From an uncultured Actinomycetes bacterium (GTDB taxonomy: Bacteria > Actinomycetota > Actinomycetes > Streptosporangiales > Streptosporangiaceae), in the NCBI GenBank assembly GCA_963832095.1, contig CAWHSW010000009.1, positions 14,994 to 78,993 of the forward strand: a DNA stretch of 64,000 nucleotides, in the 5' to 3' direction. The notes under the pieces were generated by a model that saw nothing but the letters and a program-made list of their open reading frames with translations, was not told the DNA's origin and did not search any database. The position numbers and the translations under genes are program-made. Shown in pieces: positions 10,233-19,804 of this stretch (its first letter is position 1; the number at the start of each line of letters is the position of its first letter).

Positions 10233-10251
10233 GGGCGTTCGGCAGAGAAGG

Positions 10252-11715
10252 TCAGCTGGTGGCGGGGACGGCGATGCTGTCGATCTCGGCGGCCAGGTCG
10301 GGCGGGACCCGGGCGGTCAGCTCGGTGCCGGCCGCGCCATGCCGGACCGCGAGGACCTCGCCCTCCTGGTGGGCGCGGGCCACCAGGTCGCCACGCACGT
10401 AGGGCACGACGGCGCTGACCTCGCGGTCCCGCTGCGGCAGCGCGGCCTCGATGGCGGCCAGCAGGTCGTCAAGCCCGGCCCCGGTCCGGGCCGAGACGAC
10501 CACGCTGTGCGGCTCGCGGAGCTGGAGCGCCTTGAGCTCGATCGGATCGGCCGTGTCGGCCTTGTTGATCACCACCAGCTCGGCGACGTCCCCGGCGCCG
10601 ATCTCGCCGAGCACCTCGCGCACGGCCGAGAGCTGCGCCTGCGGGTCCGCGTCGCTGCCGTCCACCACGTGCAGGATCAGATCGGCCTCGGCCACTTCCT
10701 CCAGCGTGGACCGGAACGCCTCGACCAGCTGATGTGGCAGGTGCCGGACGAAGCCGACGGTGTCGGTCAGGGTGAACCAGCGCCCGGCCGGGGTGCGCGC
10801 CTTGCGCACCGCGGGGTCGAGCGTGGCGAACAGCGAGTCGTCCACCAGCACGCCCGCCCCGGTCAGCCGGTTCAGCAGGCTCGACTTGCCCGCGTTGGTG
10901 TAGCCGGCGATGGCCACCGCCGGGACGGCCCGGCTGCGCCGCTGCTGGCGCTGCACCTGGCGGCCGACCGACATCTCGGCCAGCTGGCGGCGCAGCCGCG
11001 CGGTCCGGGTCCGGATCCGGCGCCGGTCGGTCTCGATCTTGGTCTCGCCCGGGCCCCGGGTGCCGATGCCGCCGCCGCCGGCCACCCGGCCACCCGCCTG
11101 CCGGGACAGCGACTCACCCCAGCCACGCAGCCGGGGCAGCAGGTACTCCAGCTGGGCCAGCTCGACCTGGGCCTTGCCCTCCTTGCTCCGGGCGTGCTGG
11201 GCGAAGATGTCCAGGATCAGCGCGGTCCGGTCGATGACCTTCGTCTTGACGACGCCTTCCAGGCGGCGCAGCTGGCTGGGCGTCAGCTCGCCGTCGCAGA
11301 TCACCGTGTCCGCGCCGGACGAGGCGACCAGGGCGGCCACCTCGGCGGCCTTGCCCGCGCCGATGTAGGTGGCGGCGTCCGGGCGGCCGCGCCGCTGTAC
11401 CAGGCCGTCCAGGATGACCGAACCGGCCGTCTCGGCCAGCCGGGACAGCTCGCGCAGTGAGTTCTCCGCGTCGGCCAGCGTGCCCTCGGTCCACACGCCG
11501 ACCAGGATGACCCGCTCCAGGCGGAGCGCGCGGTACTCGACCTCGCTGACGTCCTGGAGTTCCGTGGACAGGCCGCCGACCCGGCGCAGCGCGTGCCGGT
11601 CCAGCAGGTCCAGTTCGCCGACGTCGCTGTGGCCGGGTGCGCCCTGCGTCTCGGCGGGGCTGACTGGCTGCCCGGCTTGCTCAGCGTGCTCGGCGTGCTC
11701 GGCGGGACGGGTCAT
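10252..11715 (-). CDS. hflX: GTPase HflX
   Basis: VAIAGYTNAGKSSLLN, DTVGF, NKAD G-motifs plus the HflX N-domain. ATG 11715 (MTRPAEH...) is preferred over the track start 11883. Confidence 0.9.
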   Translation of the reverse strand: MTRPAEHAEHAEQAGQPVSPAETQGAPGHSDVGELDLLDRHALRRVGGLSTELQDVSEVEYRALRLERVILVGVWTEGTLADAENSLRELSRLAETAGSVILDGLVQRRGRPDAATYIGAGKAAEVAALVASSGADTVICDGELTPSQLRRLEGVVKTKVIDRTALILDIFAQHARSKEGKAQVELAQLEYLLPRLRGWGESLSRQAGGRVAGGGGIGTRGPGETKIETDRRRIRTRTARLRRQLAEMSVGRQVQRQQRRSRAVPAVAIAGYTNAGKSSLLNRLTGAGVLVDDSLFATLDPAVRKARTPAGRWFTLTDTVGFVRHLPHQLVEAFRSTLEEVAEADLILHVVDGSDADPQAQLSAVREVLGEIGAGDVAELVVINKADTADPIELKALQLREPHSVVVSARTGAGLDDLLAAIEAALPQRDREVSAVVPYVRGDLVARAHQEGEVLAVRHGAAGTELTARVPPDLAAEIDSIAVPATS

Positions 11716-11915
11716 CGGCTGCTCACGTGGGATCGGCGGTCTGGTCTGGGCTGGTGTGTCAATGCTGTCATGCCTCCGGGTTACGCTCACCTCAATAAAC
11801 ATCCGGACCGCGCGGGTTGTGCCCCGGATGTGGCCGGGAACACTGGAATGCTCGGGCGCGCCGCCATTACTCGCTAGTAACATGGCGGCTGACCGATGAC
11901 CGGGAGGAGCGCGGC

Positions 11916-13532
11916 ATGGCCAGCGACGGTGTGCAGATGACCGGTGTGCAGATCACCGGCCCGCGGGGAGACCGCTTCGACGAGGTACTCACCCCGCAGG
12001 CCATCGACCTGGTCGCGACGCTGCAGCGGGAGCTGGGCGGCCGCCGCGCCGAGCTGCTCGCCGCGCGGGCGGCCCGGCAGCAGGAACTGTCCGCCGGGGC
12101 GATGCTGGACTTCCTGCCCGGCACCCTGGCCATCCGGGAAGACCCGGACTGGCGGGTGGCCGCGCCCGCGCCCGGGCTGGTCGACCGCCGGGTCGAGATC
12201 ACCGGCCCGACCGACCGGAAGATGACCATCAACGCGCTCAACTCCGGGGCCAACGTGTGGCTGGCTGACTTCGAGGACGCCAACACGCCGCTCTGGGAGA
12301 ACATGGTCACCGGCCAGCTCAACCTGATCGGCGCGCTGGACCGGACGCTGGACTTCACCAGCGAGGAGGGCAAGTCGTACCGGCTGGGCCCGGACAGTGA
12401 GCTGGCAACCATCGTGGTCCGGCCGCGCGGCTGGCACCTGGACGAGAAGCACGTCCTGGTGGACGGGCAGCGGGTGTCCGGCAGCCTGTTCGACTTCGCG
12501 CTGTACTTCTTCCACTGCGCGCGGCGCCAGCTGGACAAGGGCTCCGGGCCGTACTTCTACCTGCCCAAGATGGAGAGCCACCTGGAAGCCCGGCTGTGGA
12601 ACGACGCGTTCGGGCTGGCCCAGGACCGGCTGGGCATCCCGCGCGGCACGATCCGGGCCACGGTGCTGATCGAGACCATCCCGGCCGCGTTCGAGATGGA
12701 CGAGATCCTGTACGAGCTGCGCGAGCACAGCGCCGGGCTGAACGCGGGCCGCTGGGACTACCTGTTCAGCGTGATCAAGAAGTTCCGCAGCCGGGGCCAG
12801 GAGTTCGTGCTGCCGGAGCGCAACTCGGTGACGATGACCGCCCCGTTCATGCGGGCCTACACCGAGCTGCTGGTCAAGACGTGCCATGCCCGCGGCGCGC
12901 ACGCCATGGGCGGGATGGCCGCGTTCATCCCGAGCCGCCGCGACCCGGAGGTGAACGCGGTGGCCATGGCCAAGGTGCGGGATGACAAGACGCGCGAGGC
13001 CGGGGACGGCTTCGACGGCTCCTGGGTGGCACACCCGGACCTGGTGCCGCTGTGCCGTGAGGTGTTCGACGCCACCCTGGGCAGTTCGCCGAACCAGCTC
13101 AGCAAGCAGCGCCCGGAGGTCAGCGTGTCCGCCTTCGACCTGCTTGCGGTGGACAAGACGCCGGGCGTCATCACCGAGGCCGGGCTGCGCAACAACGTCA
13201 GCGTCGGTTTGCAGTACCTGGCGTCCTGGCTGGGCGGCAATGGGGCGGTGGCCATCTTCAACCTGATGGAGGACGCGGCTACGGCGGAGATCTCCCGGTC
13301 CCAGGTGTGGCAGTGGCTGCACAACAACGTCCGGCTGGACGACGGCCAGCTGGTGACCACCGACCTGGTGCAGCGGATCATCGGCGAGGAACTGGCCACC
13401 ATCCGGCAGGCCGCCGGGGACGGCTACGACGCAGCGCGCTACGACCAGGCGGTCGGGCTGTTCAGCCAGGTCGCGCTGGCCGACGACTACGCTGAATTCC
13501 TCACCCTGCCGGCCTACGAGGAGATGCCGTAG
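11916..13532 (+). CDS. aceB: Malate synthase A
   Basis: ATG 11916 after GGGAGGAG. The sequence has [48 protein letters not shown] and [17 protein letters not shown]; 538 aa. Confidence 0.92.
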   Translation: MASDGVQMTGVQITGPRGDRFDEVLTPQAIDLVATLQRELGGRRAELLAARAARQQELSAGAMLDFLPGTLAIREDPDWRVAAPAPGLVDRRVEITGPTDRKMTINALNSGANVWLADFEDANTPLWENMVTGQLNLIGALDRTLDFTSEEGKSYRLGPDSELATIVVRPRGWHLDEKHVLVDGQRVSGSLFDFALYFFHCARRQLDKGSGPYFYLPKMESHLEARLWNDAFGLAQDRLGIPRGTIRATVLIETIPAAFEMDEILYELREHSAGLNAGRWDYLFSVIKKFRSRGQEFVLPERNSVTMTAPFMRAYTELLVKTCHARGAHAMGGMAAFIPSRRDPEVNAVAMAKVRDDKTREAGDGFDGSWVAHPDLVPLCREVFDATLGSSPNQLSKQRPEVSVSAFDLLAVDKTPGVITEAGLRNNVSVGLQYLASWLGGNGAVAIFNLMEDAATAEISRSQVWQWLHNNVRLDDGQLVTTDLVQRIIGEELATIRQAAGDGYDAARYDQAVGLFSQVALADDYAEFLTLPAYEEMP

Positions 13533-13698
13533 CACCGGTGCAGCGCTGGTGCAGCGCCGCGACACGGCCCGCGGGCAGCATGGACTCCCGGGCGCCGGGA
13601 AGGCAGTCTGGGAGCAAGGGAGCACGCGGGCGGCGGTAGCGAGCACCGGACGGCGCGGTGTGGTCGGCGGCCTGGGCGGGCCCCTGATGGGAGGCGCG

Positions 13699-15156
13699 AT
13701 GACGGCCGAGGCGCTGGTGCCCCGGATGACCGAGATCTGCGGCCCCGGTGGGGTGATCTCGGATCCAGCCGAGCTGCGCACCTATGAATGCGACGGGCTG
13801 ACCTCGCACCGGGCGGCGCCCGCCCTGGCCGTCCTGCCGGAGACGGCCGAGCAGGTCGCGGCCGTGGTCACCGAGTGCGCCCGGGCTGGTGTGCCGTTCG
13901 TGGCCCGCGGCTCGGGCACCGGGCTGTCCGGCGGCGCGCTGCCGCGCACCGACGGGGTGCTGATCGTCATGTCGAAGATGCGCCGGATCATCGCGATCGA
14001 CCCGGTCAGCCAGCGGGCCATCGTGGAACCCGGGGTGACCAACCTGGCGGTGAGCACCGCGGCCCGGCCGTACGGCTACTTCTACGCGCCGGACCCGTCC
14101 AGCCAGGTGATCTGCTCGGTGGGCGGCAACGTCGCGGAGAACTCCGGCGGCGCGCACTGCCTGAAGAACGGCTTCACCGTGCACCACGTGATGGGGCTGC
14201 AGATCGTCACCCCGGCCGGCGAGCTGACCTGGCTGGGTGATGGCACCGGCAGCGCGCCCGGCTACGACCTGGTCGGCGCGTTCACCGGCTCGGAAGGCAC
14301 GCTGGGCATCGTCACCAAGATCGTGGTCCGGCTGACCCGGATCCCGCAGGTGATCACCACCCTGCTGGCCGGCTTCCGCAGCACCGGCGCGGGCGGCGTG
14401 GCGGTGTCCGCGATCATCGGGGCCGGCATCCTGCCCGCGGCCATCGAGATGATGGACGCGCTGGCCATCGAGGCAGCCGAGGCCGCGGTGGCCTGCAACT
14501 ACCCGGCCGGGGCCGGGGCGGTGCTGGTGGTCGAACTGGACGGGCCCGAGGCCGACGTCCGCCGGGACGTGGCCGCGGTGCGGGCGCTGTGCGAACAGGC
14601 CGGCGCGACCGAGATCCGGGCCGCGGACGACCCGGCTGAGCGGGCGGCGATCTGGGCCGGGCGCAAGTCCGCGTTCGCCGCGGTGGGCCGGATCAGCTCG
14701 GCCTACATCGTGCAGGACGGCGTGGTGCCGCGGACCGCACTGGGCGAGGTGCTGGACAAGATCGCCGCGCTGTCCAGCGAGTCCGGCATCCGGGTGGCCA
14801 ACGTGTTCCACGCCGGGGACGGCAACCTGCACCCGCTGGTGCTGTACGACGACGCCGTGCCAGGTGAGGAGGCGGCGGCCGAGAAGCTGTCCGGCGCGAT
14901 CCTGGACCTGTGCATCGAGCACGGCGGCTCGATCACCGGCGAGCACGGCGTGGGCACGGACAAGGCCAAGTACATGCCGAAGATGTTCAGCGCCGAGGAC
15001 CTGGACACCATGCAGTTGCTGCGCTGCGCGTTCGACCCGGCCGGGCTGTGCAACCCGGGCAAGATCTTCCCCACGCCGCGGCTGTGCGGCGAGGTGCCCG
15101 GGCCGCGCCGCGGCGTGCATCCGGCGGTCGCGGCGGGCTTGGCGGAGCAGTTTTGA
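13699..15156 (+). CDS. glcD: Glycolate oxidase subunit GlcD (FAD-linked oxidase)
   Basis: PFVARGSGTGLSGGA FAD-binding motif and C-terminal GSITGEHGVGTDKAKYM; ATG 13699 after GGAGG. Confidence 0.88.
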   Translation: MTAEALVPRMTEICGPGGVISDPAELRTYECDGLTSHRAAPALAVLPETAEQVAAVVTECARAGVPFVARGSGTGLSGGALPRTDGVLIVMSKMRRIIAIDPVSQRAIVEPGVTNLAVSTAARPYGYFYAPDPSSQVICSVGGNVAENSGGAHCLKNGFTVHHVMGLQIVTPAGELTWLGDGTGSAPGYDLVGAFTGSEGTLGIVTKIVVRLTRIPQVITTLLAGFRSTGAGGVAVSAIIGAGILPAAIEMMDALAIEAAEAAVACNYPAGAGAVLVVELDGPEADVRRDVAAVRALCEQAGATEIRAADDPAERAAIWAGRKSAFAAVGRISSAYIVQDGVVPRTALGEVLDKIAALSSESGIRVANVFHAGDGNLHPLVLYDDAVPGEEAAAEKLSGAILDLCIEHGGSITGEHGVGTDKAKYMPKMFSAEDLDTMQLLRCAFDPAGLCNPGKIFPTPRLCGEVPGPRRGVHPAVAAGLAEQF

Positions 15157-16567
15157 GCACTACTTCCATCCCCGGCGCGCTGGCCAAGGCCTGCCGCACG
15201 GTCCGGCCGGCCGGGCCGCGGGACGCGGTCGCCGGGGTGGTGCCGGGCTGGGTCGCGGCCCCATCCGGGACGGACGAGGCGAGCGCGCTGCTGGCGGTGG
15301 CGGCCGAGCACGGCCTGGCCGTGGTACCGCGGGGCAGCGGCACCCGGATCGGCTGGGGCGCCCCGCCACGGCGCTGTGACCTGATCATCGACACGCAGCG
15401 GCTGAACCAGGTGATCGAGCACGCCGCTGGCGACCTGGTCGTCCGGGTGCAGGCCGGGGTCACCCTCGGGCAGCTGGCCGGTGTGCTCGGCGCGGCCGGG
15501 CAGCAGCTGGCCCTGGACCCGCCGCCGGCGCTGGCCAACGGCTCGGACGGCGGCGCGCCGACGATCGGCGGGATGCTGGCCACCGGCACGGCCGGGCCGC
15601 GGCGGCTGCGCTACGGCACCCCGCGGGACCTGGTCATCGGCATCACCGTGGTGCGGCCGCCCGGGACCGTGGCCAAGTCCGGCGGCAAGGTGGTCAAGAA
15701 CGTGGCCGGCTACGACCTGGGCAAGCTGTACGCCGGCTCGTACGGCACGCTCGGCCTGATCACCGAGGCTGTGTTCCGGCTGCACCCGGTACCGGCCGCG
15801 GCCATGTTCGTCACCGCCGCCTTCGCCGACACCGCGGCGGCCAGCCAGGCGGTCGCGGCCGCGGCCGGCACCGACCTCGCGCCGGTGGCGGTGGAGATCG
15901 ACCGGCCGGGCCGGGACGGCCTGGTCCGGGTGGCGGTGCTGCTGGAAGGCGACCCAGCCGGGGTGGCGGGGCGGTCCGCGCTGCTGCGCGATGTGCTCGG
16001 CGCGGGCACGGCCAGCTCGGACAGCGCGCCGCGGTGGTGGGGGTCGGCCCGGCCGGCCCGGCTGGTCACCGGGCCGCATGGCCCAGCCGAGCCCACCGTG
16101 CTGCGGATCAGCTTCTGGGCCGCCGCACTGCCCGGCGTACTGGCCGCCATCGACGCCGCGGGCAAGGACGCCGGGCTGGATCCCGCCGTGAACGGCTCGG
16201 CCGCCGCGGGCGTGCTGTACGCGGTGCTGGGCGGCGACGCCGACCCGGCCTCCGCCGCCCAGTTTGTGGCCGGCCTGCGGGACGGCCTGGCTCAGGCCAC
16301 CGTGGACCAAAGCACGGGGGACCAAAGCACGGGGGACCACAGCAGGGGGACCACAGCACGGGGGACCACAGCACGGGCCAGGACTTCGCCGGTGGCGAGG
16401 CGCCGCCCAGCCGGGCCAGCGCGGTGGTGCTGACCGCGCCGGCTGCGGTCCGCGACACGGTGGACATGTGGGGCCCAGTGCCCTCGGTCAGCCTGATGCG
16501 CGCGGTCAAGGAGCAGTTCGACCCCGGGTACCTGATGGCGCCCGGCCGCTTCGCCGGAGGGCTGTAG
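15153..16567 (+). CDS. glcE: Glycolate oxidase FAD-binding subunit GlcE; frame broken at 16344/16345 inside a 15-nt tandem repeat
   Basis: TTG 15153 overlaps the glcD TGA. The sequence has VVPRGSGTRIGWG and VKNVAGYDLGKLYAGSYGTLG. The conserved C-terminus VVLTAPAAVRDTVDMWGPVPSVSLMRAVKEQFDPGYLMAPGRFAGGL is in the frame of ORF 16034..16567. Confidence 0.82.
16304..16377 (+). repeat. 15-nt tandem repeat GGACCA(A/C)AGCACGGG x5 inside glcE, encoding (G-D-Q/H-S-T)n
   Basis: Units are 16304-16318, 16319-16333, 16334-16347 (14 nt, lacking a C), 16348-16362 and 16363-16377. Confidence 0.9.
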
Positions 16568-17974
16568 ATGACCGCATCGCCGATCGATCCCACCGGTGAG
16601 CTGCGCGAGCTGGCCTCCGACTGTGTGCACTGCGGGTTCTGCCTGCCCGCCTGCCCCACCTACCAGCTGTGGGGCGAGGAGATGGACTCGCCGCGCGGCC
16701 GGATCCACCTGATCACCCAGCTGCTGGACGGCGGGCAGGCCAGCGAGGCGGCAGCCAGCCACCTGGACCGCTGCCTGGGCTGCATGGCCTGCGTGCCCGC
16801 CTGCCCGTCCGGGGTGCGCTACGACCGGCTGATCGAGGCGGCGCGCAGCTGGCAGGAGGACCCGCCGCGCGGCGCGGCCGGGCGGCCGGCGCCGGTACCG
16901 CCACGGTCGGCGCGGGCCAAGGCCGCCCGGGCGGCGATCTTCGCGACGTTCCCGTACCCGCGCCGCCTCCGGCTGCTCGCCGGGCCGCTGAAGCTGGCCC
17001 AGCGCACCGGGCTGAACCGGCGGATCGGCCGCAGCCCGCTGGCCAGCCGGCTGGCCCCCGAGCTGGTCGCCTCGCTCCGGGTGGCCCCGGCGCCGGGCAG
17101 CGGGCACCGGCTGGCGGCCGGCCGGGTGCCCGCGGAAGGCCCGCGCCGCGCCGTGGTGGGCATGCTGACCGGCTGCGTGCAGCAGGTGTTCTTCCCCGGG
17201 GTGAACGAGGCGACCGCCCGGCTGCTCGCCGCCGAAGGCTGCGACGTGGTCATCCCGGCCGGGCAGGGTTGCTGCGGCGCGCTGTCCCTGCACAGCGGGC
17301 GGGTGGCCGAGGCGGCCCGGTTCGCCAAGCGGACCATCGCCACGTTCGAGGCCGCGAACGTGGACGTGATCGTGGTGAACTCGGCCGGCTGCGGGTCGGC
17401 CATGAAGGAGTACGGCGAGCTGCTGCGGAACGCGTCGGAAGGCCCGGATGGGGGTGACTGGGCGGTCCGGGCGGCGCAGGCGGCGGCCAAGGTCCGTGAC
17501 CTCAGCGAGTACCTGGCCGAGCTGGCCGCCAGCGACGAGGGGGCGCGCGGCGCCCGGCACCCGCTGCCGGTCACCGTGGCCTACCACGACGCCTGCCACC
17601 TGGGCTACGCCCAGCGGATCAAGCAGCAGCCGCGTGACCTGCTGCGCGCCATCCCGGGGCTGCAGCTGGCCGAACTGGCCGATGGCGGCACCTGCTGCGG
17701 CTCGGCCGGCGTGTACAACCTGCTGGAGCCCGAGGCGGCCGGGGAACTCGGCGCCCGCAAGGCCGCCGCGGTGCTGGCCACCGGCGCGCCGCTGGTCGTG
17801 TCGGCCAATCCGGGGTGCAGCCTGCAGATCGCTTCGGCCATGGCCACGGCCGGCGCCGAGCAGCCACCGGCCGTGCTGCACATCGCCGAGGTGCTGGACG
17901 CGTCGCTGCGCGGCCTGCCGGTATCCAGCCTGACCGCGCGCGCGCCCAGCGCGCCGGCGCCGGGCGGGGACTAA
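16568..17974 (+). CDS. glcF: Glycolate oxidase iron-sulfur subunit GlcF (CCG-domain Fe-S oxidoreductase)
   Basis: CVHCGFCLPACPTY and CLGCMACVPACPSG ferredoxin-type clusters, plus two CCG motifs (GCCGALS, TCCGSAG). Confidence 0.88.
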   Translation: MTASPIDPTGELRELASDCVHCGFCLPACPTYQLWGEEMDSPRGRIHLITQLLDGGQASEAAASHLDRCLGCMACVPACPSGVRYDRLIEAARSWQEDPPRGAAGRPAPVPPRSARAKAARAAIFATFPYPRRLRLLAGPLKLAQRTGLNRRIGRSPLASRLAPELVASLRVAPAPGSGHRLAAGRVPAEGPRRAVVGMLTGCVQQVFFPGVNEATARLLAAEGCDVVIPAGQGCCGALSLHSGRVAEAARFAKRTIATFEAANVDVIVVNSAGCGSAMKEYGELLRNASEGPDGGDWAVRAAQAAAKVRDLSEYLAELAASDEGARGARHPLPVTVAYHDACHLGYAQRIKQQPRDLLRAIPGLQLAELADGGTCCGSAGVYNLLEPEAAGELGARKAAAVLATGAPLVVSANPGCSLQIASAMATAGAEQPPAVLHIAEVLDASLRGLPVSSLTARAPSAPAPGGD

Positions 17975-18810
17975 CCGACGGGGCTGCCGACCAGCCAGCC
18001 GGGGTCCAGGTCGCCTTCGGCGACGATCACGGCCGGGCCGGTCAGCCAGCTCGTCCCGGCCTCCAGCCGCACGGTCAGCTCGCCGCCGGGCACGCTGACC
18101 TGCCAGCAGCCGGTGCCGGGGCCGGTGGGGGCGGGGAACCGGGCGGCCGCCGCGGCCGCCGCCGCGACCGCCCCGGTGCCGCAGGACCGGGTCTCCCCGC
18201 TGCCCCGCTCGTGCACCCGCATGCTGATCGCGGAGCTCCCGGTGACCCGGACCAGTTCCACGTTGCCGCCGTCCGGGAAGTCGGCCGGGTCCAGCCCGGG
18301 CGGCACGGACAGGTCGAACTTGTCCAGCTTGCTGTCCACCAGAAAGGCCAGGTGCGGGTTGCCCACGCTGATCCGCAGCCCCTCCAGCACCACGCCGCCG
18401 AGGACGGCCCGGCTGGCCCCGAGCACGGTGACCGGGCCCATGTCCACGGTGATCCGGCCGTCCGGCTCGACGTGCACCTGCTTGATCCCGCCCCGGGTGG
18501 CCACGCCGAAGTCCGGCCCGCTGGCCAGGCCGTGGTCGAGCAGGTAGCGGGCGAACACCCGGACGCCGTTCCCGCACATCTCCGCGATGCTGCCGTCCGC
18601 GTTGCGGTAGTCCATGAACCACTCCGGCGCGTCGCCCCGGCCATCGGGCAGCTCGGCGGTGCGCACCACGCGCAGCACCCCGTCGGCGCCCAGGCCGGCC
18701 CGCCGGTCGCACAGCCGGGTGACCAGGCCGGTCCGCAGGTCGAGGGTGTTGCCGGGGTCGGGCAGGATCACGAAGTCGTTCTCGGTGCCATGCCCCTTGC
18801 CGAACCGCAT
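17971..18810 (-). CDS. dapF: Diaminopimelate epimerase
   Basis: MRFGKGHGTENDFVIL, EMCGNGVR and ETRSCGTG catalytic Cys motifs. The 3' end overlaps the glcF stop by 4 nt. Confidence 0.92.
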   Translation of the reverse strand: MRFGKGHGTENDFVILPDPGNTLDLRTGLVTRLCDRRAGLGADGVLRVVRTAELPDGRGDAPEWFMDYRNADGSIAEMCGNGVRVFARYLLDHGLASGPDFGVATRGGIKQVHVEPDGRITVDMGPVTVLGASRAVLGGVVLEGLRISVGNPHLAFLVDSKLDKFDLSVPPGLDPADFPDGGNVELVRVTGSSAISMRVHERGSGETRSCGTGAVAAAAAAAARFPAPTGPGTGCWQVSVPGGELTVRLEAGTSWLTGPAVIVAEGDLDPGWLVGSPVG

Positions 18811-19751
18811 GTGCTGATCGTAGCCAGCGCCAGCCGATGAGGATCCGCCCCGCGCCCGGCGTCCAGCCAGGTCACCCGGGGATCACGGCGGAACCAGGCT
18901 TCCTGGCGGCGGGCGAACCGCCGGGTGGCCTTGATCGTTTCCTCGCGGGCCTGCTGCTCGGTCCACTCGCCGGCCAGGAAGCGGAGCACCTGCGCGTAGC
19001 CGAGCGCCCGGCTGGCCGTCCGGCCCGCGCGCAGGCCAGCCTGGTCGAGGCGGCGCACCTCGGCCACGAAACCGGCCTGCCACATCCGGTCCACCCGCGC
19101 GGCGATCCGCTCGTCCAGCTCGGCCCGGGGCACCCGCAGCCCGAGGTGCACCGCCGGGTAGACCGACTCGTACTGGGGCAGCGTGGCGGTGAACGGCCGC
19201 CCGGACACCTCGATGACCTCCAGCGCGCGGACGATCCGCCGCCCGTTCGAGGGCAGGATGCCGCGCGCGGCCATCGGGTCCAGCGCGGCCAGCCGGGCAT
19301 GCAGCGGTCCCGGGCCATGCCGGTCCAGCTCCTCCTCCAGCCGGTCCCGCACGGCCGGGTCGGTGCCCGGGAAGTCCAGCTCGTCCAGTGCGGCGCGGAG
19401 GTACAGGCCGGACCCGCCGGCCAGGATCGGCACCCGGCCGCGGCCAGTCACCTCGGCGATGGCCGCGCGGGCCAGCCGCTGGTACTCGGCCACGTTCGCC
19501 GGGTACCGGACATCCCACACGTCCAGCAGGTGGTGCGGGATGCCGCGGCGCTCCGCCGTGCTGAGTTTGGCCGTGCCGATGTCCATCCCCGCGTACAGCT
19601 GCATCGAGTCCGCGTTGATGATCTCGCCGCCAACGTCTTCGGCCAGCCGCAACGCCAGCTCTGACTTGCCGGCCGCGGTCGGCCCGAGCACCGCGATCAC
19701 CCGTTCTGCCACACCGCACAGTCTGCCGGTTCCGCCCGTAGACCCATGCAT
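18768..19751 (-). CDS. miaA: tRNA dimethylallyltransferase
   Basis: GPTAAGKSELAL P-loop, INADSMQLYAGMDIGTAK and GGSGLYLRA. The start is uncertain (ATG 19751, or GTG 19712 or 19697). The 3' end overlaps the dapF start by 43 nt. Confidence 0.88.
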   Translation of the reverse strand: MHGSTGGTGRLCGVAERVIAVLGPTAAGKSELALRLAEDVGGEIINADSMQLYAGMDIGTAKLSTAERRGIPHHLLDVWDVRYPANVAEYQRLARAAIAEVTGRGRVPILAGGSGLYLRAALDELDFPGTDPAVRDRLEEELDRHGPGPLHARLAALDPMAARGILPSNGRRIVRALEVIEVSGRPFTATLPQYESVYPAVHLGLRVPRAELDERIAARVDRMWQAGFVAEVRRLDQAGLRAGRTASRALGYAQVLRFLAGEWTEQQAREETIKATRRFARRQEAWFRRDPRVTWLDAGRGADPHRLALATISTCGSARGMAPRTTS

Positions 19752-19790
19752 CCTGCTTAACGCCAGCACCCGGCACTGGCGTTAAGCAGG
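19752..19790. terminator. Perfect 15-bp stem hairpin CCTGCTTAACGCCAG-cacccggca-CTGGCGTTAAGCAGG
   Basis: Seen directly. It lies 14 nt downstream of the DUF4232 gene stop and abuts a candidate miaA start. GGTTTTG follows on the plus strand. Confidence 0.5.
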
Positions 19791-19804
19791 ATGGGCGGTT
19801 TTGC

